Shown here one piece after another: positions 56,102-64,000 of a stretch of DNA of 64,000 bases. Source of the DNA: Vulcanimicrobiota bacterium. Its GTDB lineage: Bacteria; Vulcanimicrobiota; Xenobia; Xenobiales; QWHO01. The position numbers were made by a program, and so were the translations under genes. The stretch is from NCBI GenBank assembly GCA_963169765.1, contig CAUJEN010000184.1, forward strand, positions 16,468 through 80,467, read 5' to 3'. The notes beneath the pieces were generated by a model. That model worked only from the letters and a program-made list of their open reading frames with translations. It did not search any database and was not told the origin of the DNA. Each line of letters begins with the position of its first letter. The first letter of the stretch is position 1.

Positions 56102-57313
56102 TTAACCGGGCGGAGGCTTGCGTACCTTCAGTCGCCCGCCGGGCACGAGAACCACATGCTCGTTGGCTGCGATACCGGCGTTGCTGGGGGTGGTGGTGCC
56201 GTGCATCAGCCAGGGGTCCGACTGAGAGAGCTGCTCCACTCCTCCGAGCACGGCCTGGCTGGCTGAAATCTCGTTGCGCGAGACCCGGGCGGCCACCTCG
56301 TCCAGCGCAGCCCAGGCGCCCCTGATGGGCTCCTCGCTCTCTCGCTGGCGCTGGCTCACGGCCTGGTACAGCACGTTCTGCGCAAAGCTCTCGCGTCGTT
56401 CCTCGGGCAGCGCCTCCAGGGCCTGGCGGCCGATGGCCAGCACGGTGACCGAGTTGGCCGGCTTCTTGTCCGAAACGGCCTTCAAGATGATCTCGCAGCC
56501 GGCTGCCTGCGGGTTGTCGGGCAAGAGCTTCATGCCCAGCTCAGCCCAGCGCCTGGTATCCTCGCTGGCTTTGGCCGTCTCGGGCAGGCGCGCGAGCACC
56601 TCGCCGGCGATCACCTGAGGCGTGTCCGGAGTCTGCAGGTAGCCCGGATACTTGCCGTTGGCCTCGCCGGCGTAGAGCAGCATGGAGCTGCCCAGGTCGG
56701 CCAGCTCCACCGAAGTCATCTCTTCGCCCACCTGCGGCCGCAAGTCGAGCGAGACAAGGTTGGAGAAGGCGGCGTGATAGACGGCTGAGACTCCCACGAA
56801 GTCGAAGCTCTGGCCCGGGCCCAGCGTGTGCTCGGGGCGCTCGGGGGTGAACGAGCTGTGCTGCGTGGCCGTATGCCCCGGCTCTCGCAGCTTCTCGCCC
56901 AGCTCCAGCGTGAAGGCGATGGCCGCGCCCATGGCTCCGGGGATGGCGGCCGACTGGATGGCCTGCAAGATGGTCTCAGCACCGCCCAGGTTCAGGGCAA
57001 AGGCCATGCTCGGGTCGGTCAGTTGCTCGCCCACGCGCCCAACGCCCTGCACGCTGCCCTTTGGGTCATGCTCGCTGCTCAGAACGTCCAGCGCCGCACG
57101 CCCGGCCTGGCGCCGAGCCAATTCGGTGGTCTCCTGGCCGCCTTCCACGCCCTGCAAGGCCATCAGGCCCACATTGGCCACGTCCTGCACGTCGCTGTTG
57201 TGGCCGTGGACGCCGATCTGCTCGAGCGTCTTCTCCATATCCTCAGTGCGGCCCCCGATCGCCTCGCGGGCGGCCTTGCGGACTTCCTTGTCGTTGCGCA
57301 GGGGAGGGATCAT
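56102..57313 (-). CDS. Hypothetical protein (403 aa)
   Basis: Protein-like composition; no recognisable motif. Confidence 0.4.
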   Translation of the reverse strand: MIPPLRNDKEVRKAAREAIGGRTEDMEKTLEQIGVHGHNSDVQDVANVGLMALQGVEGGQETTELARRQAGRAALDVLSSEHDPKGSVQGVGRVGEQLTDPSMAFALNLGGAETILQAIQSAAIPGAMGAAIAFTLELGEKLREPGHTATQHSSFTPERPEHTLGPGQSFDFVGVSAVYHAAFSNLVSLDLRPQVGEEMTSVELADLGSSMLLYAGEANGKYPGYLQTPDTPQVIAGEVLARLPETAKASEDTRRWAELGMKLLPDNPQAAGCEIILKAVSDKKPANSVTVLAIGRQALEALPEERRESFAQNVLYQAVSQRQRESEEPIRGAWAALDEVAARVSRNEISASQAVLGGVEQLSQSDPWLMHGTTTPSNAGIAANEHVVLVPGGRLKVRKPPPG

Positions 57314-57544
57314 CTCGGAGAGATTCGCTGGACTGAGGGAGAGCCCCTGTTCGGCTCAGGCCTTCTTCGTCGCGCACGCCCCGAGGTGATGAGTCTTGCG
57401 CTCCGGCCCGAGGGTCATCCAGGCTGACGGTCGGGACCTGCAAATCGCGGGTCAGCCCGTGTGCACCCGTTTGGGGTCGCACACCGTCTTGCCCGCCAGT
57501 TGTCCGGAAAGGAGCCTGTCCGGGTCGATTGCGAAGTGTGCGCA

Positions 57545-58768
57545 ATGTTCTGTCAGAACTGCGGCAAGCGTCTGGAGCCCGAGGCAAAGTTCTGCATCGC
57601 CTGCGGAGGTCAGGTCTCCGCTCCCGGCGAGCCTGTCGCCTCCCCTGTGAGTGAGCATGGGACACCTGCACAGCTTCCGTCTTCCGAGCTCTCAGGTCCA
57701 CCGCCGCCCTCACAGCTTCGCCCTTCTGAGCTCTCCGGTTCACCGCCACCCGCACATCTTTCCCCTTCTGAGCACTCGGGGCCACCGCCACCCGCACAGC
57801 TTCCGCCTTCTGAGCACTCGGGGCCAACGCCGCCTTTGCAGCTACCGCCTTCTCCACCGCCGCCCAGGCCGACTCCTTCGCCTGCCGCCTCGGGCCCCTC
57901 GCCCGTGCCAGGAGTGGCCCTGGTGGCCGTCCTTGCCCTGGTCGTGTTGGGCCTGATCGCGGTGTTGTCCCAGCGCCGACCTCCCGCCCCAACCATCGAT
58001 CCTTCCCCCTCGGAGACGTCGGCCACTGCATCCCCCCTTCAGACTCCGACCAGGAGCGCCACGCCTGCTCCATCGGGCCCCGATCCTCTGGCCGACCTCA
58101 CGCTTTACTACGAATTGATCGATGGTGACCGGTTCAAGGAGGCCTACGCGCTTCGCAGTCAGCGTTCGCGGGCTCGCACCAGCCTGGCCGAGTTCACCGC
58201 TACCTGGAGCAACAATAATGGTCTCTCGGTCGAGAGCCTGGAGGTTCTCAAGCGAGACGCCGCCACGGCCCGGGTGCGCTTCCGGATGCTGGCGGACGAC
58301 TTTGACAAAGCCAGAGGCGCCTCCAGCGTGACGCCCTACATCGGCAAGGTCAACCTGCATCTCGAGGAGGACCGCTGGCGCTACGACGGTGGGGAGTTCT
58401 TCACCGACCTCAAGAGCGAGGAGGTGGTGGACAGCTTCTACCGCTGGTACCGCAATATTCCAGAAGGGAAGCTGGCGGCTCGCCTCGAGGAGCTGAAGAC
58501 GCGCTTCGACCCGGCCCTGTATGCCGCTCTGAGGAAGCGAGGCAAGCTGCCGGCGGAGTGGTTCGGCGGCCGCGTGACCGAGCACTCGGTCTGGGTCAGT
58601 CAGAAAGCCCCTGAAACGACCACGGTGGAGGCAGCCGTGACCAACTCCAGGGGGACTGTTCACCGACTCGCATTCCGTCTGCGGTTCGTGGACAGGGAAC
58701 GCTGGGTGATCGAGGAGGTCAGCTATCCCGAGCGGGGCGACACGCTCCGAGACCGGCTGGGCCTCTGA
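57545..58768 (+). CDS. Zinc-ribbon membrane protein with Pro-rich tandem repeats and C-terminal extracytoplasmic domain
   Basis: MFCQNCGKRLEPEAKFCIACGG zinc ribbon; 4x 15-aa repeats (PSELSGPPPPSQL-like); TM VALVAVLALVVLGLIAV. Confidence 0.55.
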   Translation: MFCQNCGKRLEPEAKFCIACGGQVSAPGEPVASPVSEHGTPAQLPSSELSGPPPPSQLRPSELSGSPPPAHLSPSEHSGPPPPAQLPPSEHSGPTPPLQLPPSPPPPRPTPSPAASGPSPVPGVALVAVLALVVLGLIAVLSQRRPPAPTIDPSPSETSATASPLQTPTRSATPAPSGPDPLADLTLYYELIDGDRFKEAYALRSQRSRARTSLAEFTATWSNNNGLSVESLEVLKRDAATARVRFRMLADDFDKARGASSVTPYIGKVNLHLEEDRWRYDGGEFFTDLKSEEVVDSFYRWYRNIPEGKLAARLEELKTRFDPALYAALRKRGKLPAEWFGGRVTEHSVWVSQKAPETTTVEAAVTNSRGTVHRLAFRLRFVDRERWVIEEVSYPERGDTLRDRLGL

Positions 58769-58771
58769 GTC

Positions 58772-59128
58772 TCAGGCGTTGCTGGTCCAGCGTCCCCGGG
58801 TGGTCCGAAGCTTGACCCAGGTCTTCTGGGGCTGACGCATGCTGAGATCGAGCTGGCGCAGGTAGTCCAGGCACTGGCGATACTCGCCGACGTCCCGAGG
58901 GCTCGAGTCCAGCAGCCAGTCGGCCACGGCCCGCAGGTCCTCCTCGGGCGGCAGCTCGCTCCAGTCGGACACCTCCTGGACCAGCCGCTCGCGTACCAGC
59001 TCTACCTGGGTGAGCAGCTCAATCAGGCGCTGCAGTCGCTGAATCGAGACGATTCTCTGAGCCGTCCTGCTCATCAGGCCCCCTGCCGCCAGGCGGCGCG
59101 CCGAAAATAGGACCAGAGCGCTCGACAT
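58772..59128 (-). CDS. Hypothetical protein
   Basis: Protein-like ORF; no motif. Confidence 0.3.
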   Translation of the reverse strand: MSSALVLFSARRLAAGGLMSRTAQRIVSIQRLQRLIELLTQVELVRERLVQEVSDWSELPPEEDLRAVADWLLDSSPRDVGEYRQCLDYLRQLDLSMRQPQKTWVKLRTTRGRWTSNA

Positions 59129-59231
59129 CGATTCAAAGAGCGGTAGGGCATGATTTACTCCCTCAAAGTGACATTGCGGGCAGTAAACCGATTGCGCCTG
59201 AAAAGATTCTGAATTCTTTCGTCGCTGGAAA

Positions 59232-60266
59232 TCAGGTCCGATAGCCGACCAGTGGCTCCTTGAGCCGAAAGGCCTCGCGCCACACGTCCTGATCGACGTT
59301 GCGCACCCCCGGACCGGGGGGGATGGAGGTCAGCCCGGGCTTGAGCCCCCCGCTGCCGCGGTGCGTGCCAACGGCTGCTGCGGCCAGGGCCAGCAGCAGG
59401 CAGCCGCCCGGCGTGGGAAAGACCGGTGCTCGCCAGCGCAGGTCGGGCAGGTACTTGAAGACCTCGGACTGGAAAGCTTCCAGCAATGGCCCGTGGAGCG
59501 CGCTGCCGCTCCAGGAGGCGGAGGGGGCATTGGCCCAGCGGCCCCGGCCGGAGGCCTGCCGGGTCAGCTGCACCAGCTGCCGGCTGGCCTTCAGGATCAG
59601 CGCCCGGCAGGCCGGGTCGGGTCCGGGGTAGGCGGCCAGCTCGAGGATGACCGAGACCGAGCCGGCCAGCTCGCCCGGGGTGAGGTGGCCGCGGTCGAGC
59701 AAGGCCAGCAGCTCGTTCAGGTCGTCAACCCCGAAGTAGGCCACCAAAGTGCGCTCGAGGCGGGGGCTGCGGGCCATGCGGCCTTCCATGCCCCTCACTG
59801 CCAGTTGCAGCGTGCGGCTGGCCAGCCATAGCGAGCTGCCCTCGTCCCCCAGCACCTCCTGCGATTCGCCCGTGCTCCAGAAGCGGCCCGAGCGCTCCAG
59901 GCCGGCAGCGGCAGCCCGCATTCCGGCGTGGATCAAGAGCCCGGGGCGGCCCCCCAGCGAGCCCGCCAGCTCGGCCTCCAGGCTGGAGCAAATCCACACC
60001 GCCAGGCGCTCGGGCAGCACCTTGCGCACCACCGCCAGCGCGTGCATGCGGGCCTGGCGCTGATCCAGCCCGGGGACGGCCACCACCGTAGTGGCATCGC
60101 CCTCGCCCACGACCTCAAGGCAGGGAGTCACGGCCCCGCGCAGGCACTCCTCCAGGTTGGACTCGCCTGGCGCCGGAGCGTGACCTTCAGCCAGCAGGTT
60201 GCCCCGCTCATCGGTCAGCACGCACAGGCTGCGGTCGCCCCCGCAGTCGACTCCCAGCAGCAGCAT
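59232..60266 (-). CDS. BadF/BadG/BcrA/BcrD-type ATPase (N-acetylglucosamine kinase-like, ASKHA superfamily), start at MLLLGVDCGG
   Basis: N-terminal phosphate-1 motif LLGVDCGGDRS (cf. GIDGGGTKT); ~345 aa. Confidence 0.6.
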   Translation of the reverse strand: MLLLGVDCGGDRSLCVLTDERGNLLAEGHAPAPGESNLEECLRGAVTPCLEVVGEGDATTVVAVPGLDQRQARMHALAVVRKVLPERLAVWICSSLEAELAGSLGGRPGLLIHAGMRAAAAGLERSGRFWSTGESQEVLGDEGSSLWLASRTLQLAVRGMEGRMARSPRLERTLVAYFGVDDLNELLALLDRGHLTPGELAGSVSVILELAAYPGPDPACRALILKASRQLVQLTRQASGRGRWANAPSASWSGSALHGPLLEAFQSEVFKYLPDLRWRAPVFPTPGGCLLLALAAAAVGTHRGSGGLKPGLTSIPPGPGVRNVDQDVWREAFRLKEPLVGYRT

Positions 60267-60380
60267 CAGGCGTAGGATTTCGAGCCCCCCCGGACCCATG
60301 CCCTGCTGGCAGGGCAGTCGCTTTGAGGGCGAGAACTGATCGCAATGGCTGAGCTCGGGCGCATCGATCCTGTTCAACGG

Positions 60381-60551
60381 ATGCAGTGCCCCGACTGTCG
60401 TGCTCTGTTGCCCGACTGGACCACCGAGGAGGCTGTGGCGGGAGAGCTGCAGTGCCCTTCATGCCTTCGGCCGGTGAAGCTCCCCGACGAGGTGGTGGAA
60501 AGGGCCCGGCGCTCGCGCTACCTGGGCAAGAACCTGGACATCACCGGCTGA
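60381..60551 (+). CDS. Small zinc-ribbon protein (CPDC...CPSC)
   Basis: MQCPDCRALLPDW...LQCPSCLRPVKLP. Confidence 0.3.
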   Translation: MQCPDCRALLPDWTTEEAVAGELQCPSCLRPVKLPDEVVERARRSRYLGKNLDITG

Positions 60552-60560
60552 AGCCGTGGT

Positions 60561-61247
60561 CTACCAGCCGGAGTAGATGGTTTCGTTGTAGTCGCCGCTC
60601 TCGGGCATCTGGCGATCGACCGTCTTGGTGCTGCCGTCGGCCCAGGTCACCGTCACCTGATAGTAGGCGCCCGGCTTGGTGGGGCTATCGAAGCTGTTGG
60701 TCTTCTCCAGGTTGGAGCGGTCCCACGAATCCCAGTACTGCTCGACGTCGCGCGACTTGGGCTTGCGACCGCCCCAGTTCCCAACCTCGTGGATGGAGAT
60801 GCTCTTGACCGGCACCATCTGGCCGTCGCGCTCGATGGCCCGGGCGGTGATGCTGAAGCGCCCGCCCTCGGCCTGGCCGGTCTGGCCGTCCTTCTTCGGC
60901 TCGCCCTGCTTGCGACCGTTCTGGGCCGCGTTGGCCAGGGCCATCTGCTTGAGGGCGGCCATCTGGGCCGCGAAATCGGTGAGGGAGGAGCCGCTCTCGT
61001 AGGGGCTGCCCATGGCCATCGACATCGGCTGGCCGGTGACGGCCGCCATCCGGCTGGCCAGCGCCGAGGCGCGCATCTGGTTGAGCTGGGCGAAGAAAGC
61101 GCTGTCGGAAACCTCGTTGTCGAGGGAAACCTGATCCAGGCCACCGAGCTGGCCGCCGAACGGGTTCGGCAGCGCTGCGATGGGGGCCACCCACCCGAGG
61201 GGGGCTCCCACGTTCAGTCTCGGTATCATCATCGGATCGGCCATCAA
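60561..61247 (-). CDS. Hypothetical protein (Met/Ala/Gln-rich N-terminal half, globular C-terminal half)
   Basis: Protein-like ORF 228 aa. Confidence 0.4.
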   Translation of the reverse strand: MMADPMMIPRLNVGAPLGWVAPIAALPNPFGGQLGGLDQVSLDNEVSDSAFFAQLNQMRASALASRMAAVTGQPMSMAMGSPYESGSSLTDFAAQMAALKQMALANAAQNGRKQGEPKKDGQTGQAEGGRFSITARAIERDGQMVPVKSISIHEVGNWGGRKPKSRDVEQYWDSWDRSNLEKTNSFDSPTKPGAYYQVTVTWADGSTKTVDRQMPESGDYNETIYSGW

Positions 61248-61388
61248 ATCTCTCCGCTGTCAGACTACCCCCGGGTCCTGAAAGGACCCTGAAAAGCCAT
61301 GCTCTGAGCTTTGTCTGATTCTCACTCGAAGAGGGGGGTCAGGTCCAGGTTGAAATGTAACCGGGTTGTTGCCGCTTGGATAAGCGCG

Positions 61389-61961
61389 TCAGGTCAGGAC
61401 GGATTCGTAAATCTCGTTCACCCCGACCGCGAGAGCGAGGGAGAGCAGCTCGAGTCGATCCTCGCGTTGAGTCAGCTCTGTCCAGAGCCAATCACCGCTG
61501 GCCTGGCGGTGGTGGCGCTCGACGCGCACCGCGTCCTGAGCGACCAGAACATACTCTTCCAGAGAAGGCAGGGCGCGGTACATGCGGAACTTCTCGCTCC
61601 GGTCATAGCTTTCGGTCGAGGGGGAGAGAACTTCCACGATCACGCGCGCGTCGGTGAGCGTATCGGGCCGGTCGGCCATCAACCGGGGCGGTCCGCACAC
61701 CACCACCAGATCGGGATAGGTGAAGAGCGTAAAGCGCTCCACCAGCAGGCGAACATCCGAGCTGAAGACCTCGCACGGCCCGCCACGCAAAGCTTGCTTC
61801 AGGGCGGCAAAGAGGTTGCCCACCAGGCGGTTGTGGTCAAGCGACCCGCCCGTCATCGAGAAGATCTCTCCGCCAATGTACTCGTTGCGACAGGTCGAGG
61901 TCTCCTCGAGTTGCAGATACTCCTCGGGCGTAAAGCGGCGGCGCTCGCGATGAGAGAGCAT
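61389..61961 (-). CDS. Uma2-family (DUF820) restriction-endonuclease-like protein
   Basis: FTPEEYLQLEE...EYIGGEI...YPDLVVVC...EVLSPST (PD-(D/E)XK-like core of Uma2). Confidence 0.75.
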   Translation of the reverse strand: MLSHRERRRFTPEEYLQLEETSTCRNEYIGGEIFSMTGGSLDHNRLVGNLFAALKQALRGGPCEVFSSDVRLLVERFTLFTYPDLVVVCGPPRLMADRPDTLTDARVIVEVLSPSTESYDRSEKFRMYRALPSLEEYVLVAQDAVRVERHHRQASGDWLWTELTQREDRLELLSLALAVGVNEIYESVLT

Positions 61962-62001
61962 GCTGGCTATTTCGCCCCCGACCGGGACCGGTCCCGTGAG
62001 C

Positions 62002-62439
62002 CTACTGGTTCAGGCTCCCCTCCAGGATGGGCAGCATGCCCTCCATGGTCTGCGGGTTGCGGTCGGGATGGTGGTAGATGATCACCTTGTTGAACTCGCC
62101 CGAGAAGATCTGGTTGTCGGGCATCCGGATGACGTACTTCCCCTCGCCCGACTCGCGCGCCTCGAACGAGTAGGGAGCCTCGCCCACGCCAACCTTCTCG
62201 CCGTTGGGCTTGACCATCCACACGGTGTAGATCTCTTGAGGGCGCAGCTTCTGGGCCCCCATTCCGAACTGGTAGCCGTCCACCAGCACCCAGCCGTAGG
62301 GGTAGCGGTCGCCGTTCACGGCTGCCAGCTTGAACTTGAGAAAGTTGGCTTTGGGAGCGTCCTCGTCGTCATCGGCGGCCCGGGCAGCCAGGCTGGCCAG
62401 CAGGCAGATCATCAGGGCGATCAGGCTCAAAGTGCGCAC
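62002..62439 (-). CDS. Secreted hypothetical protein (GTG start, signal peptide RTLSLIALMICLLASLAARA)
   Basis: Signal peptide then acidic DDDED tract; start chosen to avoid divergent overlap with 62488 gene. Confidence 0.45.
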   Translation of the reverse strand: MRTLSLIALMICLLASLAARAADDDEDAPKANFLKFKLAAVNGDRYPYGWVLVDGYQFGMGAQKLRPQEIYTVWMVKPNGEKVGVGEAPYSFEARESGEGKYVIRMPDNQIFSGEFNKVIIYHHPDRNPQTMEGMLPILEGSLNQ

Positions 62440-62487
62440 GTTTGGGAACCTCCAAGGGATCAGGTATGTCGTGGCGAACCGCAGCTT

Positions 62488-63120
62488 ATGCGCAATCAAC
62501 GCCCGTTAATCCTGCTTTTGTGCCTGATTTTGTGGGGCAGCGCCTGGGCCAGGCTGGGCGACAAGCCCGACCCCTACGAGAAGATCGAGGATCCGGCCAG
62601 GGCGCGCAAGATTCTCGACGACGTGATGGCCTACCTCAAGAAGAGCTACAATTTCCGGGTCCATTACCCGGTGCAGATGAACCTTGTGCACGAGTCGGTC
62701 ATGGACGCCAAGTTCGCCGGCAGTCCCTACAAGGGGGCTGAGGTCGGGCTCTACACCTTCGAGGGCGGCAAGCACCAGATTTACGTGATGAAAGGCTGGA
62801 GCCGCGACGTCTGCTCGGGGGTCACGGCCCACGAGTACACCCACGCCTGGCAGTTCGACAACTGCCCCCGCGACCAGGACCTGGTGCTGCGTGAAGGCTT
62901 TGCCTGCTGGGTCGAGATGAAGTACTATGACTCCGTCGGGGCCTACCAGCACGCCGAGGACGTTCGCAACCACTCCGATCCCGTTTACGGAGTGGGCATC
63001 AAGACGATGCTGGCCCTGGAAGACAAAGTGGGGCCCAAGAAGCTCGTCGGCATGATCACCACGCTGAGAAGCGCCCGCGAGCTGGACAAAGTTCTCAGCG
63101 ACGACAGGAGCGGTCGATAA
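62488..63120 (+). CDS. Secreted HEXXH zinc metallopeptidase-like protein
   Basis: Signal peptide MRNQRPLILLLCLILWGSAWA; TAHEYTHAWQ ... REGFACWVE (third ligand Glu candidate). Confidence 0.6.
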   Translation: MRNQRPLILLLCLILWGSAWARLGDKPDPYEKIEDPARARKILDDVMAYLKKSYNFRVHYPVQMNLVHESVMDAKFAGSPYKGAEVGLYTFEGGKHQIYVMKGWSRDVCSGVTAHEYTHAWQFDNCPRDQDLVLREGFACWVEMKYYDSVGAYQHAEDVRNHSDPVYGVGIKTMLALEDKVGPKKLVGMITTLRSARELDKVLSDDRSGR

Positions 63121-63237
63121 ATCAGCGACGACAGGAGCGGTCGACAGAAGAAGTAGGATTCCCGGCTCAGACAGCGTATCATAGACATTGTGCTAAAATT
63201 CACAAAGTCGATTTTGGCCCGTAAAGTCTAAGGATTC

Positions 63238-63594
63238 GTGCAGCCTTTCTACTCCATATTCGTCATGATCGGCGTGGCCGTGGTCATCGCCACGGTGCTG
63301 TCCGCCCTGACGCTGTTCTTCGGGCCCAAACGCCCCACGGCGGCCAAGTTGGCCCCCTACGAATGCGGCCTGACCGAGCTTGCGCCCTTGCCCGAGCGCT
63401 TTCCTGTCAAGTTCCTGCAAATCGCGATGCTGTTTCTTATCTTTGACGTGGAGGCGGTGGCTCTCTACCCGCTGGCCATGGTTTTGCGCCAAACGGGCAT
63501 TTCGGCCCTGATCGACATCATGATCTTCTGCGCCGTGCTGTTGCTGGGCTACGCTTACGTGTGGCGCAAAGGAGCCTTCAAATGGACGTTCTGA
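63238..63594 (+). CDS. nuoA: NADH-quinone oxidoreductase subunit A
   Basis: 118 aa, 3 TM, conserved PYECG and FDVE motifs. Confidence 0.9.
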   Translation: MQPFYSIFVMIGVAVVIATVLSALTLFFGPKRPTAAKLAPYECGLTELAPLPERFPVKFLQIAMLFLIFDVEAVALYPLAMVLRQTGISALIDIMIFCAVLLLGYAYVWRKGAFKWTF

Positions 63595-64000
63595 AGCCCG
63601 AGAAGAAGGTCCTCTACACCAGCGACTCGGTGTTCCCCTGGCAGCAGACAAATGCCGGCGGGTTCATCACCACCACCCTGGCCTCCATCGCCAACCTGGC
63701 CCGCAAGAACTCCATCTGGCCGGCCACTTTTGGCCTGGCCTGCTGCGCCATCGAGATGATGGCCACCAGCGGCTCTCGTTTCGACCTGTCCCGCTTTGGC
63801 TCGGAGGTCTTCCGGGCCAGCCCACGCCAGAGCGATCTGATGATCGTGGCCGGGCGCGTCTCCATCAAGATGGCTCCGGTGCTGCGCCAGATCTACGAGC
63901 AGATGCCCGATCCCAAGTGGGTCATCTCCATGGGCGCCTGCGCCTCGTGCGGCGGCGTGTTCAACAACTACGCCATCGTGCAGGGGGTAGACAAGATCGT
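63582..64000 (+). CDS. nuoB: NADH-quinone oxidoreductase subunit B (3'-truncated by window end)
   Basis: [10 protein letters not shown], FeS-ligand Cys motifs CASCGG; overlaps nuoA stop. Confidence 0.9.
   Translation, partial: MDVLKPEKKVLYTSDSVFPWQQTNAGGFITTTLASIANLARKNSIWPATFGLACCAIEMMATSGSRFDLSRFGSEVFRASPRQSDLMIVAGRVSIKMAPVLRQIYEQMPDPKWVISMGACASCGGVFNNYAIVQGVDKI

Overview
This is a high-GC (~67%), gene-dense bacterial chromosomal window from a Gram-negative-type organism. It carries lipoproteins, a Tat signal peptide, a SurA-like PPIase, PilT/PilZ, and NuoA/B at the 3' edge. No rRNA, tRNA, CRISPR array, transposase or integrase was recognised. Many long ORFs in the six-frame track are antisense/high-GC artefacts. 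The real genes are mostly housekeeping (enolase, RecQ, MazG, a Ski2-like helicase, PlsC-like and CDP-alcohol transferases, NuoA/NuoB) mixed with a rich set of secreted proteases and repeat-domain proteins.

Most notable locus: a tightly coupled five-gene minus-strand cassette (30614-36596).
- A giant (1079 aa), highly divergent FtsZ/tubulin-superfamily GTPase with an ~800-aa C-terminal extension.
- Partner genes: a CHAP/NlpC-P60-like amidase, a SAM methyltransferase, a small membrane protein and a zinc-ribbon protein.
- The whole unit looks like an uncharacterised cytoskeletal/membrane-remodelling system.

Second strong signal: a 98-codon single-domain rhodanese gene with an in-frame TGA exactly at the active-site cysteine position.
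- A fdhF-like SECIS hairpin follows 13 nt downstream, making it a candidate selenoprotein that the ORF track splits or misses.

Other points worth a second look:
- A STAND ATPase-TPR-SARP regulator with inverted domain order, next to a secreted HEXXH protein.
- A PnuC-DUF218 fusion in an operon with a PaaK/CapK-like adenylating enzyme.
- A degenerate MutL/GHKL-like pseudo-ATPase coupled to a membrane C39-like peptidase-domain protein.
- A small family of REP-like intergenic palindromic repeats.
- A 63-bp x3 tandem repeat.
- A low-GC island with a frameshift-split ORF.
- Several intrinsic terminators.
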